The notes below the pieces were generated by a model. That model did not search any database and was not told the DNA's origin. It worked only from the letters and a program-made list of their open reading frames with translations. The translations under genes and the position numbers were made by a program. Shown here piece after piece: positions 49,786-59,384 of a DNA stretch of 64,000 bases (position 1 is the first letter of the stretch; the number at the start of each line of letters is the position of its first letter). This DNA is from an uncultured virus (IMG/VR IMGVR_UViG_3300047320_000346) (taxonomy: Duplodnaviria; Heunggongvirae; Uroviricota; Caudoviricetes): IMG/VR virus record IMGVR_UViG_3300047320_000346. The stretch is one strand, 5' to 3'.

Positions 49786-50097
49786 ATGCCCCAGACCACC
49801 CTCGAGCGGCTGTTAGCCGACCTGATACCCTGGTTGAACCAGAACCTCCCGCTGGACCCGAAGAAGCCGGTGTCCACGAGCGACATCGCACATATCTCGC
49901 TGACAGCTATCGAGCTGGATGAGATACCCGCGCCTGACGAGTATTGCGAATGGCGCCGCGCGCGCTTCAAGCGTTTCGCTGGCATCGAACTGTGGGAATG
50001 TCGCTACGCGCTGCCTCCGATTACGGAGCAAGCATCGCTGCGCGGGCGTATCGCGTGGATGATGACGTCGAGCACTGCGGCGCTATTCAAGCGCTGA
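49786..50097 (+). CDS. Hypothetical protein
   Basis: Co-oriented ORF. Confidence 0.5.
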   Translation: MPQTTLERLLADLIPWLNQNLPLDPKKPVSTSDIAHISLTAIELDEIPAPDEYCEWRRARFKRFAGIELWECRYALPPITEQASLRGRIAWMMTSSTAALFKR

Positions 50098-50118
50098 AGC
50101 GCGCCGCCGGCCGGGCTA

Positions 50119-50487
50119 CTATGAGACCCGGCTGAGCACGCGTCGAAGCGAGTACAACACTCGCTTGTAGAAAGGATTGCGGCGAACCTGCCAAGTCTGC
50201 CATTTACCGTTCTGTGGCCCCATGATGCGCTTGTCATCGTAGATGCGATAGAGGAACCGTGTGTACAGTTCACACGTCGGGCAGTTTCCGATGGCTTCCA
50301 GCACAGCCATGTGCGGTGTGTGCTTGGTCAGCATCCCTTTGACGCGCTCGTCTTCCATGGCCTGGCCACATCGAAAACAGTTGCACGAGAGCGTGGTCCA
50401 GCGGAAGCCGTTGTCGAACTGAAGCGGCATCTGCTCCGCAATGGCCGACATTTTCAGCAGTTCCACGTCCCGCGCCGTCAAAGCCAT
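50119..50487 (-). CDS. Hypothetical Zn-ribbon protein
   Basis: CFRC...CPTC; SD AGGGAG. Confidence 0.65.
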   Translation of the reverse strand: MALTARDVELLKMSAIAEQMPLQFDNGFRWTTLSCNCFRCGQAMEDERVKGMLTKHTPHMAVLEAIGNCPTCELYTRFLYRIYDDKRIMGPQNGKWQTWQVRRNPFYKRVLYSLRRVLSRVS

Positions 50488-50714
50488 CAGAATCTCCCTT
50501 TGGATAGTGAAATTATAATACAAAAAGGGACTTTTATTAATTGAAAATCGACATGCGCAGACCGTTGAACACACATACACGGCGACATCGGCAATGGGTC
50601 CCAGCAGCGCACTTCCGGGAGAGCGCGACAGCTCCCTTTTCTCGAACAGCGTTCTTGGTTGCGGAGTTTGTCGACGCAACCATCTCCGCCGACCTCGACC
50701 GTTGCTTTGCGATT

Positions 50715-50860
50715 GGCCTTTGTCGCGCCAGCTCGCGATGGTGGTTGGTAAAGGCCGCAGACCAGGTGTTTGACGACATTCCGGGCATGCGCCACGAAGT
50801 GCCCGCCACAATGCGTGCACGGTGCCATCCGCAGGCCAATGCGTTAGAGATGCGCGCCGG
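50715..50860 (-). pseudogene. flhC: Relic of flagellar master regulator FlhC (C-terminal Zn-binding region)
   Basis: PCTHCGGHFVAHA.....VCGLYQPPSRAG matches the FlhC C-terminus; fourth Cys lost, N-terminal part absent. Confidence 0.7.
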
Positions 50861-50973
50861 GAAGTGCGCGGGGGTCGCCGCGCAACGGGCATGCTCCCGG
50901 TCTCCTACGCCTTTTGCGCTTGGCCAAAAGAAAACCGCGCAATGCTGCGCGGTTTGAGTTTGAATCAAGAATT

Positions 50974-51480
50974 TTAAGCGGCAAGCGGTAACTGTTGTTC
51001 TGCTCGCAACTGGTCGCGAACCCACATCCAGGCCTGACCCAACAGATTCTGACCCCGCCATTTCGCCGGGTCCAACGCGAGTGGGTCCCTCTCGCTCAGA
51101 CCGATGCCCCAGATGTCGTCGTTCGGGCTTGCCTCGACCAGAATACGGTTACCGGTGCCCAGAAGCTGCCGCGCGATTTCCGGGTTCTGACGTGCCTTTT
51201 CGAGCAGACCGCGTCGAACGAATCGAAGCCGGTTGTCGACCCATTCCTGTTCGACAAAGGGCTTCACCTGCCGGCCGAGTGCCTTCACCTTGGAGGGGTC
51301 CGGTTCAGCCAGAATCAGCTTTGCCGTATCCGCGTCCTTGAAGAACATGGCCTTGCAGTACATCATGTACTGCTCCCCGTTCGCGAACCGGATGCCCTTT
51401 ACCGTGAAGCCGGTCGGGTTCCAGTTGGAATAGCACTCCGATTTACCGTAAAACAGCACCATCTTGAAGGTCGTTTTCAT
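50974..51480 (-). CDS. NADAR/YbiA-family N-glycosidase
   Basis: SNW, EQYMM..KA..F, KALGR, LVEASP.D.IWGIG, G.NLLG...M.VR. Confidence 0.92.
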   Translation of the reverse strand: MKTTFKMVLFYGKSECYSNWNPTGFTVKGIRFANGEQYMMYCKAMFFKDADTAKLILAEPDPSKVKALGRQVKPFVEQEWVDNRLRFVRRGLLEKARQNPEIARQLLGTGNRILVEASPNDDIWGIGLSERDPLALDPAKWRGQNLLGQAWMWVRDQLRAEQQLPLAA

Positions 51481-51713
51481 GCTGCCTCCGCTTGTTCGAC
51501 CGCAATGTTGACTTCGGTGCCGGACGGATAGCCGGTGGCGCTGAAGTTTTCGTAGTAGACGACGACGCAGTTGCCATTGTCTTCCAGTTCGACTTGCTCG
51601 ACGCGCCCATACTCATACGGCGCGAGCGGGTCGTGCTTCAGGAACGGGCACGACTCGAGGTCGACCAGGTCACCTTCGACCAGGTCTTCAACTTTTTTGC
51701 GGACAGGTTGCAT
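51477..51713 (-). CDS. Small acidic hypothetical protein
   Basis: SD GAGGA; coupled to the NADAR gene. Confidence 0.65.
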   Translation of the reverse strand: MQPVRKKVEDLVEGDLVDLESCPFLKHDPLAPYEYGRVEQVELEDNGNCVVVYYENFSATGYPSGTEVNIAVEQAEAA

Positions 51714-51909
51714 ATTGGTTCCTCTGTGTGGCGCGACGCGCGTTCTTTCGAATAAAAAGGCCTGCGCTTGCCGCAGCTATAGGTAATGGCCTCAACCCGT
51801 ATAGCGTTCATAGCTCTGCGCGCTATGGCGCCGGTGAGCGCTGCGATGACCATATCAACGCTATACCACTGTTCCGGCGCCCAGCCCGCCTTTCATCGTT
51901 CGACCACAC

Positions 51910-52263
51910 ATGCATTCAATTCTGACCCAACTATTGGGGCACGTATCTAGTCCATGGCTTATCTGGATTCCCCCCATTGTCGCTGGCTTTGTCGGCGTAG
52001 CCTCAGGAACACCGATTCCGGTCCTGGAGGGCCTACTGCTGATGGGGGCTCTGGGAAAAGGGCCCGACCTGCTCGTGAATGCCCCACTGTTCCTACAGGA
52101 TGTCGGAGCCATCGTTCTTTTGTGCTGGGCTCTTTCATTCCTGGTGATGATTGGCCGCTTCTTCCGCTCGTCGAACGGATGGGTTGACTGGACCTATCCG
52201 TCTTTCGGACAGTTGATTGTGGATTTCAAGGAGCGCCTCACGCGCGTCTCGAAAAAACCATAG
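51910..52263 (+). CDS. Hypothetical membrane protein
   Basis: Hydrophobic ORF, weak SD. Confidence 0.5.
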   Translation: MHSILTQLLGHVSSPWLIWIPPIVAGFVGVASGTPIPVLEGLLLMGALGKGPDLLVNAPLFLQDVGAIVLLCWALSFLVMIGRFFRSSNGWVDWTYPSFGQLIVDFKERLTRVSKKP

Positions 52264-52446
52264 ATTATTTGTAGACGCCCCCCGTGCCGTTCCATAAGAG
52301 TTCCACTCCGGCTTAACGCGTCAGCCTGACCTTGCGGCGTATAGCCGGGCGTCCCGATGGTCACGCAGCGAGCGGGGCACGCCTGCCCTCGCACACATGA
52401 AAACCTGTTGTGCTTGAGGCCAGTTTTCGCAAATCCAAGCAGCGTG

Positions 52447-52474
52447 TTGACATTACACCATTTATCGCTATACT
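52447..52474 (+). promoter_or_regulatory. Sigma70-like promoter
   Basis: TTGACA-16-TATACT; TGTTGAC repeated just downstream. Confidence 0.7.
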
Positions 52475-52504
52475 ACTCCGCATACTGTTGACCATATACT
52501 ACAC

Positions 52505-52861
52505 ATGACACACTTCGGAACCTTCCTCCGGACAACACGCGAAGCCTTGCAGGTCAGCGAAGGTCGCAGCTTTTCGTTGCGGCAGGTCGCGGCACGGGTC
52601 GACATCGAGCCCGCATACCTTAGCAAGATTGAGCGCAGCGAAGTGCCCCCGCCTTCGGAGACGACAATTTCACGGCTTGCCGAGGTATTGCGGCTCGATA
52701 GGGACCTCCTGCTGGGTCTGGCTGGCAAAGTCAGCAAGGAACTGCAGGACATCATCCTGAAGCGACCGCAGCTCTTCGCAAGTCTGCTGCGCGAACTGAA
52801 GGATGCACCCGAGCACGCCATCCTGAGCGTCGTGCGCGAAGTGCGTGATGGTCAATGGTAA
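52505..52861 (+). CDS. XRE-family HTH regulator
   Basis: FG.FLR..RE...SLRQVA.......YLSKIER...PPS. Confidence 0.9.
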   Translation: MTHFGTFLRTTREALQVSEGRSFSLRQVAARVDIEPAYLSKIERSEVPPPSETTISRLAEVLRLDRDLLLGLAGKVSKELQDIILKRPQLFASLLRELKDAPEHAILSVVREVRDGQW

Positions 52862-52892
52862 GCAATGTCAAAAATCAACCAAGGAGCTGTCA

Positions 52893-54023
52893 ATGCTGAC
52901 GCTTGAAAATAACCGTCTGGTCGTCCGTTTCCCCGAAGTGCATGCGGATGCCCATTGCACCATCGAATTCCAGCGCACCCTGCGCATTCCCGACGATAAT
53001 CGGGTTCACGGGCTGCCGCCGGGCCTGGGCACCTTCCCCCTCTTCCATGTCGACGACTACGCGGGCAAGCTGCCTGCGCACTGGCAAGGCCACGGCGGCG
53101 TCTTCTTGCCGATGTATCAGGCCGAAGCGATGTGGATTCGCTTCAGCTCGAAGTATCCGTTTGCGGTGAAGATTGCAACCGGCAAAATCAATGCTGTTTC
53201 TGGCGACGCCTGGACATCTGCGCTCCAGCCTGGTGAGCAACCGTCCGGCGTCGCGCAGGGTAACCGCATCGGAAGCGACTTCATCTCGGGCCTGCCTTCA
53301 GTACGCGCCGCAGGAAAGCAGGATTATGTAACCATCCCGGACCAGCCCTGGCTTGACGGCTTCAATGTCGGCAACGGGCAGATTCGCCAGTTCGTGGCGA
53401 TGCCGCTCGGAGAGGGCTACACGGTAGAAGAGCAGATTACCGGCGAGGCGGTACACGGGGGCCTGCAGCTCATCGTCTATCCGCTGGACCCGCGCTACTA
53501 CACGCCGCCACGCCCCATCACCCGGGGCATTGCTGGCGTGCTGTGGAACGGGTATCCGGGCGGCTTCTGCACGACGAACACTTCGTACTCGGTCGCGAAC
53601 AGCTTGAGCTTTAGCGCCTCCGCAGAGTCCGCCCAGATGGGCTTGGCGCCCGGCGGACTAATGAAGCAGGAGGTGTTCACGGACCGGCACGGCATCGCAA
53701 AATGGGACCAGACGCACAGCGCGAAATGCTTCGTGCATCTGCTCAACAGCCAGCAGTTTGAGCAGGTGACCGGACGCAGACCGCCGACGCAAGCGCCGAC
53801 CGCGGAGAGCTACACCCGTGCCGGGCTGCCATGGTACGACTATTATGCGGAAGGGCTTCGCGCGGTACCGGGCTCCGACAAGCTGCGTAAGCTCGACAGC
53901 GTCGCGGCGCTCGGCAACAAGAAAGGTGAGCAGCCTTTGCCTGAAAATGCGCCAGTGGGTACCGTGAACACCGTTATGCTCGCCAAGAAGGCACCCAACG
54001 AAGTTCGGGAAGGATGGTTCTAA
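52893..54023 (+). CDS. Conserved hypothetical protein
   Basis: FQRTLRIPDD...LPPGLG.FPL, PMYQAEAMW, QPWLDG, RQFVAMPLG.GYTVE.Q: a widespread family of unknown function. Confidence 0.8.
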   Translation: MLTLENNRLVVRFPEVHADAHCTIEFQRTLRIPDDNRVHGLPPGLGTFPLFHVDDYAGKLPAHWQGHGGVFLPMYQAEAMWIRFSSKYPFAVKIATGKINAVSGDAWTSALQPGEQPSGVAQGNRIGSDFISGLPSVRAAGKQDYVTIPDQPWLDGFNVGNGQIRQFVAMPLGEGYTVEEQITGEAVHGGLQLIVYPLDPRYYTPPRPITRGIAGVLWNGYPGGFCTTNTSYSVANSLSFSASAESAQMGLAPGGLMKQEVFTDRHGIAKWDQTHSAKCFVHLLNSQQFEQVTGRRPPTQAPTAESYTRAGLPWYDYYAEGLRAVPGSDKLRKLDSVAALGNKKGEQPLPENAPVGTVNTVMLAKKAPNEVREGWF

Positions 54024-54131
54024 ACGCAAGCTAAACTAACCGAAAGAAACAAGGCCTGCTCTCGAGCGGGCCTTGTCTCACCGGAGCATCCGGGCACATA
54101 AATAAGCCCCTCGGAAGGGGCTTTTGGGAGT

Positions 54132-54488
54132 TCAGTAGTTAGCCGTGAAGATAACAAGCTCGACTTTGTCGGCGAGATGTTCCAGTCCGACAGATGCCAA
54201 CTGCGCGGCGATAGCGGTCCGCGTAGGCTGGTCCACGATGACGTGTGGGCTCGTAAGGGTTTTCAATTCCCGAAGCGAGCAGAGTTTTCCAGCATTGGGC
54301 AGCTCGCCCAAGTCCTGAAGCACCACCGTCCCCCAGTCCTTTCCTTCATAGGATTCCGTGAAGGACCTGAACCGAATCTTGATTTCACCCGTTTCAGGAA
54401 AATTGCGGAGCCCGTCAACAGTCGAAAACTCGTTGTCGGTCAACAGGTCGCCGGGAAATCCAAGACCGTAATGAATGTACGTCTGCAT
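54132..54488 (-). CDS. Hypothetical protein
   Basis: SD AAGGAG; CTATAC at 54520. Confidence 0.7.
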   Translation of the reverse strand: MQTYIHYGLGFPGDLLTDNEFSTVDGLRNFPETGEIKIRFRSFTESYEGKDWGTVVLQDLGELPNAGKLCSLRELKTLTSPHVIVDQPTRTAIAAQLASVGLEHLADKVELVIFTANY

Positions 54489-54613
54489 GTGTGCCTCTCC
54501 TTTTAGTTGGACTGCTAGCGTATAGCTCAACTGAGTCAAAAGGCAGAAAAGAAGCCCCTTCCAAGGGCTTCAAAGGACCTTGGAGGGGGACTTTCAGACC
54601 CTACGAAGGGTAG

Positions 54614-54644
54614 TTAACCTTCACACACAACCTGCTTCAGCGTG
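54614..54644 (-). pseudogene. Relic second copy of an rtcB 3' end
   Basis: Reads TLKQVVCEG* versus TLKQVLCVKG* of the intact gene 15 bp away. Confidence 0.6.
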
Positions 54645-54658
54645 CGACGGAACTGCTC

Positions 54659-55882
54659 TTAGCCTTTCACGCACAGCACTTGCTTCAAGGTATGTTTGAT
54701 GTCGACCAAATCGGCCTGCGCCGCCATAACTTCCTCGATGTCTTTATACGCCCCGGGAATTTCATCGACCACCGCGTCGTCCTTACGGCACTCCACGCCA
54801 GCCGTTTGAGCTTCGAGGTCGTCCGTCGTGAAGTACTTCTTCGCCGCGCTACGCGACATCTTCCGACCTGCACCATGCGAGCACGAGCAGTACGCAGCCT
54901 CGTGGCCCTTACCGCACACGATGAACGACTTCGCTCCCATCGAGCCCGGGATTATACCTAGCTGGCCCGCCCGAGCCGACACCGCGCCCTTACGGGTAAT
55001 CCACACAGACTTTCCGCCGAACTCTTCCTTCGACAAATAGTTGTGATGGCAATTAACCGCCTCGTCGGTGATGGACAGTGAACGGCCCAGCGTCTTCTCG
55101 ATAGCCTGAATCGTCAGGTGCAGCATCACATCGCGGTTCAGTCGTGCGTAGTCCTGTGCCCAGGAGAGAGCCCGTGTGTATGACTCGAAGGCCGCCGTAC
55201 CGTCATCCAGCCATGCGAGGTCCTGGTCCTTGAGCGTGATGTCCAGCGACGCAACATGCTTCTTTGCTGCCTCCATCGCCGCTTCACCTACGGTCTTCCC
55301 GACGTTACGCGAACCCGAGTGCAGCATCAGCCAAACCTGCTGCGACTCATCGAGACACACTTCGATGAAGTGATTCCCGCCGCCAAGAGTTCCGACCTGT
55401 TGCGTCATGCGTTCCGCGTTGAAGTGTCCAAGGCCCGTGAACAGCGACAGACCCGAAAACCCAGTCATCAGGCCGTCGTATCGCCGCTGCAGCTCAGCCG
55501 CAGCCATGCTTTGCTCACCGATAGCCAACTGCTTCGAGTGGTATGCAAAGCCCACCGGCACCGCACGCTCAATTGCCGCGCGCATCGCCGCGAGCGACTC
55601 CGGCAGGTCCGAAGCATTCAAACCAGTTCGGACTGCTACCATTCCACATCCAATATCGACTCCAACCGCGGACGGAATCACGGCCGACAGCGTCGGAATC
55701 ACCGAGCCCACGGTAGCACCCTTGCCAAGGTGCACGTCCGGCATAACGGCGATGTGTCCCGCGAGGATAGGCAGCTCGGAAATGTTGTGCAGCTGCTTGA
55801 CCGCAGCGTCTTCGACTGACATCGAGCCGGTCCACAAGCGAACCTTATCGCCAAAGAAATCCTTCAGTTGTTGTGCATCCAT
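54659..55882 (-). CDS. rtcB: RNA-splicing/repair ligase RtcB
   Basis: MPDVHLGKG, VGVDIGCG, GTLGGGNHFIE, LHSGSR, CHHNY, RKGA, IPGSMG, SHGAGR, DEIPGAYK. Confidence 0.97.
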   Translation of the reverse strand: MDAQQLKDFFGDKVRLWTGSMSVEDAAVKQLHNISELPILAGHIAVMPDVHLGKGATVGSVIPTLSAVIPSAVGVDIGCGMVAVRTGLNASDLPESLAAMRAAIERAVPVGFAYHSKQLAIGEQSMAAAELQRRYDGLMTGFSGLSLFTGLGHFNAERMTQQVGTLGGGNHFIEVCLDESQQVWLMLHSGSRNVGKTVGEAAMEAAKKHVASLDITLKDQDLAWLDDGTAAFESYTRALSWAQDYARLNRDVMLHLTIQAIEKTLGRSLSITDEAVNCHHNYLSKEEFGGKSVWITRKGAVSARAGQLGIIPGSMGAKSFIVCGKGHEAAYCSCSHGAGRKMSRSAAKKYFTTDDLEAQTAGVECRKDDAVVDEIPGAYKDIEEVMAAQADLVDIKHTLKQVLCVKG

Positions 55883-55918
55883 GTTTCACTCCTTGCGTTA
55901 GGTGGATGCACTACTTAT

Positions 55919-55934
55919 TGCGAGGACCGTGCCA
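55919..55934 (-). promoter_or_regulatory. Sigma54 (-24/-12) promoter of rtcB
   Basis: TGGCACGGTCCTCGCA, GG-N10-GC, 36 nt upstream of the rtcB ATG. Confidence 0.85.
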
Positions 55935-56097
55935 GTTGTTGCGTTTATCTCGTTTTAAGTTATATGCTACTGATTCGATTGAAAAAGATGTGCTGGCGCA
56001 GTCAGGCACCGACAAACAAATTGGTGACAAAATCTAGTTTGCGAGATATACTCTATCCAGATAGATAGCTGGCGTCACACCCCAACTGGACTTTGTC

Positions 56098-56562
56098 ATG
56101 GCACTGACCGCAGAACAGAAAGCAGCGAATAAAGTAAAGACTCAGGCGCGCGACCGCGCGTTCCGCGAGCGTCGTGCGGCGTACCGCGACGCGCTGGACG
56201 CTGCGCTCGCCCCGCTGCCGCTGCGGCCTGATGAGACGGACCCAAAGGTTGCGCCAGCCGCTGTTGTTCAAGCCGCGTGGGTCGCCGATGCCGCATTCGA
56301 CGCCGCATTCGCCGCAGTGAGGGAGGAAGAGGCGGCCATTCGAGCGCAGATAGGGCAACTCGAACAGTCGCTCAAGGGTGTCGGCGACCGGCACAACACC
56401 ACCGAACTTGCAGCCGTTCGTCGTCAAGCCTATTCGGCGCTGAGCACTGCACGTAGCGTGGCGGAATCTGCGGTGAAGGCGCAATACCCCGACGTGGCCA
56501 GCGTGTTCTCAGCTGCGCAGTGGGGCGCGATAGTCGACTTCGGCGCCGAAACGCAGAAGTGA
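56098..56562 (+). CDS. Hypothetical Ala-rich helical protein
   Basis: ORF divergent from rtcB. Confidence 0.65.
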   Translation: MALTAEQKAANKVKTQARDRAFRERRAAYRDALDAALAPLPLRPDETDPKVAPAAVVQAAWVADAAFDAAFAAVREEEAAIRAQIGQLEQSLKGVGDRHNTTELAAVRRQAYSALSTARSVAESAVKAQYPDVASVFSAAQWGAIVDFGAETQK

Positions 56563-56602
56563 CCCGACCTGCTCGGACAATCAAAAGACAAGGAACTCAG
56601 CC

Positions 56603-56803
56603 ATGAAGCCCTACACCCCGGAAACCGACCGTGGCCGCGCAAAAGGTGGCCACGACATCCACCATCGCACCGCGGATTTGCCGAAGGAAGGCGCGAACAA
56701 GGTCGCCAAGACCGCACGCCATGCTGCGCGTCAGGACGGCAAGGCCACCATCGCGCACGAGCTGACCGCGGACGTGGTCACCGACCGCACCCCGGCGCTT
56801 TGA
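56603..56803 (+). CDS. Small basic hypothetical protein
   Basis: SD AAGGA. Confidence 0.6.
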   Translation: MKPYTPETDRGRAKGGHDIHHRTADLPKEGANKVAKTARHAARQDGKATIAHELTADVVTDRTPAL

Positions 56804-56812
56804 GCGGAAGCC

Positions 56813-57031
56813 ATGGTCACGAAGACTGCGCGCGCCACGGAAACTCCTGTGCCCTGCCCGAAGTGCGGCAAGCAGCCGGAATCCGTCAAGACTGGCTCGT
56901 ACTGGGTCACACGCTGCGCCACCGCGCATATGTTCAAGGTCGCGGGGCACACGATGAAGACCAAGCGCGAAGCCGTCCACGAATGGAACAACGCCTACAA
57001 GTCGAAGAGCGAAACGGAGAAGTCGTCGTGA
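56813..57031 (+). CDS. Lar-like (restriction-alleviation-type) Zn-ribbon protein
   Basis: PCPKCG...C...H....TKREAV..WN. Confidence 0.55.
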   Translation: MVTKTARATETPVPCPKCGKQPESVKTGSYWVTRCATAHMFKVAGHTMKTKREAVHEWNNAYKSKSETEKSS

Positions 57032-57273
57032 ACACGAACCCTGAGAAGAACGAATGTGCCGAACTGCCTATCCCGCCGGTCCCTGACTGGATTGCAGCCG
57101 AAAACATGGACACGATGCCTATGGGATGGTATTGGGCCGAGTTCCCTGGAGGATGGGAGTTCTTCAAGCCCGCGCGCCTCGCCACGCTGGGCATCGACCA
57201 CGGGCACAACGGCTGGCAGCCGCTCAGGGCAAAGCGCTACTGGGGACCGTTCAAGCCGCCAGGCGTCAACTAA
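57028..57273 (+). CDS. Small Trp-rich hypothetical protein
   Basis: GTGA overlap; GWYW...YWGP. Confidence 0.55.
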   Translation: MNTNPEKNECAELPIPPVPDWIAAENMDTMPMGWYWAEFPGGWEFFKPARLATLGIDHGHNGWQPLRAKRYWGPFKPPGVN

Positions 57274-57324
57274 CCTGGAAGCCCCGCCTCACCAAACATC
57301 GAAGAACTGAAGAGAGAAGAAGCA

Positions 57325-58926
57325 ATGCGCAAGAAAGTCGTCATTGGATTTTTGGGCACGAAGCTGGACTCGGGGCTGACCGAGAAGCGCTGGGAGCGCT
57401 GGCGCCCGACGGTGGCCCTCTTCGGCCATGATAAGTTCGTGCCGGACGCTATCGAGTTGCTGACATTCAATGGCGACTACCAGCCACTCGTCGAGCGCGT
57501 GACGTCCGACATCCAGTCCCTGAAGCCTGAGGCGCGTGTGACCACGCACAGCCTGCCGGTGACGGACGCATGGAGCTTCCAGCACGTCTACGCGGCGCTG
57601 CATGAATTCGCGCGCGGATATACGTTTCGCGACGACACCGACTACTACGTGCACCTCACGACCGGTACGCACGTGGCCCAGATTTGCCTATTCCTGCTGA
57701 CGGAATCCCGATACCTGCCGGCGCGTATCGTCGAAACGTTGTTGCCCAAGCGTGACTCGGACGCCGAGGCCTGGCGCGGCCGCCTGGAAGTCATCGACCT
57801 GGACCTGTCAAAATATGACCAGCTCGCCAAGCGATTCCAGAAGGAAAGCGTCGAGAGCCAGGACCTGCTCAAGGGCGGCATCATCACGAAGAACGCTGCG
57901 TTCAACGCACTCATCGGCCGGCTCGAACGGGTGGCGCTCAAGTCGACCGCCCCGCTGCTGCTGACCGGGCCGACTGGCGCGGGTAAGAGCGCACTCGCTC
58001 AGCGTGTGTACGAGCTGCGCGCGCGCCGCCATCTGGTCGAAGGCGCATTCGTCGAAGTGAATTGCGCGACGCTGCGCGGAGACAACGCAATGTCGGCGCT
58101 GTTTGGCCACAAGAAGGGTGCGTTCACTGGCGCGGTCTCGGACCGTCCGGGCCTGCTGCGCGCGGCCGACAACGGCACGCTCTTTCTCGACGAAATCGGC
58201 GAGCTGGGTCTCGATGAGCAGGCGATGCTGCTGCGCGCGCTCGAAGACAAGCGATTCCTGCCAATGGGTTCGGACAAAGAAGTGACGAGCGAATTTCAGC
58301 TACTGGCTGGCACCAACCGGGACCTCTCGGCAGAAGTGGCGGCCGGACGCTTCCGTGCGGACCTGCTCGCGCGCATAAACGTATGGCAGTTCAAGCTGCC
58401 TGGTCTTGCCGAACGGCCGGAAGACGTCGAGCCCAATCTCGATTTCGAACTGGAACGCGTGGCGCGTGAGCTGGGTGTGCACATCTCCATTTCGCGTGAA
58501 GCGCGGGAGTCGTTCCTCGAGTTTGCACTCGAGGCTTCGTGGCCGGGCAACTTCCGTGACTTGGCTGCCGCGGTAACCCGTATGGCGACGCTCGCCGAAG
58601 GCGGTCGTATCAGCGAAGCCGACGTCGAGTTCGAAGTAGAGCAGCTGCGTGACGCGTGGGGTTCATCGGGCAACCAGGAGTTGAACCGCAATCCGCGCAT
58701 CGAGGCGATTCTCGCTGAGCGCTCGCTCGACCGGTTCGAGCGTGTGCAGCTCGCTGATGTGCTGCAGGTGGTCGAAGCCACGGACTCGATGGCTGAAGCG
58801 GGTCGCGTGCTCTACGCCGAGTCGCGCGCGTTGAAGGCTAACCCGAACGATTCGGACCGCATACGCAAGTTTCTGGCGCGGTTCGACATGGACTACGCCG
58901 AAACGAAGAAATTGTTGGCCGCTTGA
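57325..58926 (+). CDS. rtcR: Sigma54-dependent RNA-repair activator RtcR (CARF + AAA+)
   Basis: VVIGFLGT.LD...RW.RWRPTV, HLTTGTHVAQI, GPTGAGKS, GAFTGA, FLDEIG, WPGNFR, NDSDR.RK.L. Confidence 0.96.
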   Translation: MRKKVVIGFLGTKLDSGLTEKRWERWRPTVALFGHDKFVPDAIELLTFNGDYQPLVERVTSDIQSLKPEARVTTHSLPVTDAWSFQHVYAALHEFARGYTFRDDTDYYVHLTTGTHVAQICLFLLTESRYLPARIVETLLPKRDSDAEAWRGRLEVIDLDLSKYDQLAKRFQKESVESQDLLKGGIITKNAAFNALIGRLERVALKSTAPLLLTGPTGAGKSALAQRVYELRARRHLVEGAFVEVNCATLRGDNAMSALFGHKKGAFTGAVSDRPGLLRAADNGTLFLDEIGELGLDEQAMLLRALEDKRFLPMGSDKEVTSEFQLLAGTNRDLSAEVAAGRFRADLLARINVWQFKLPGLAERPEDVEPNLDFELERVARELGVHISISREARESFLEFALEASWPGNFRDLAAAVTRMATLAEGGRISEADVEFEVEQLRDAWGSSGNQELNRNPRIEAILAERSLDRFERVQLADVLQVVEATDSMAEAGRVLYAESRALKANPNDSDRIRKFLARFDMDYAETKKLLAA

Positions 58927-58988
58927 GACGTTTTGATACGATGACCGCCGCGCCGAGCCGCGCATCGGGAACCAGCGAAGGAACAGTT

Positions 58989-59384
58989 ATGTCCAGCACC
59001 GAGTTGAAGACGCCAGGCAAGCCGTGCGCGTCATGCCCCTGGCGAAAGGAGAGCACGGCCGCGGACATTCCGAACTTCAGCCTCGAGCTGGCCGAAGGAC
59101 TCGCTTCGTGCAGCCCGGACAGTCGCAATATCGGCCCGGAATGGAACGCGAAGCTCTTCGCCTGCCACCAGTCGAAACCACGCGCGGAGTTCGTGTGCGC
59201 GGGCTGGCTGGCTGTCGCCGGCCACCGGCATCCGCAGGTACGATTCGCCGTTTTCTCCAAGGACCTCCACGAAGCCGCGCTCGAGCCGGGCGCGGACTGG
59301 CCGGAACTGCACAGGAGCTATCCCGAGGTGCTCGAGAAACTTCGGGCTACGATGCCCGAATCCGGCGAAAAGGATGACCGATGA
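58989..59384 (+). CDS. DUF6283-like Cys/His protein
   Basis: PCASCPWR, FACHQS, CAGWL. Confidence 0.7.
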   Translation: MSSTELKTPGKPCASCPWRKESTAADIPNFSLELAEGLASCSPDSRNIGPEWNAKLFACHQSKPRAEFVCAGWLAVAGHRHPQVRFAVFSKDLHEAALEPGADWPELHRSYPEVLEKLRATMPESGEKDDR

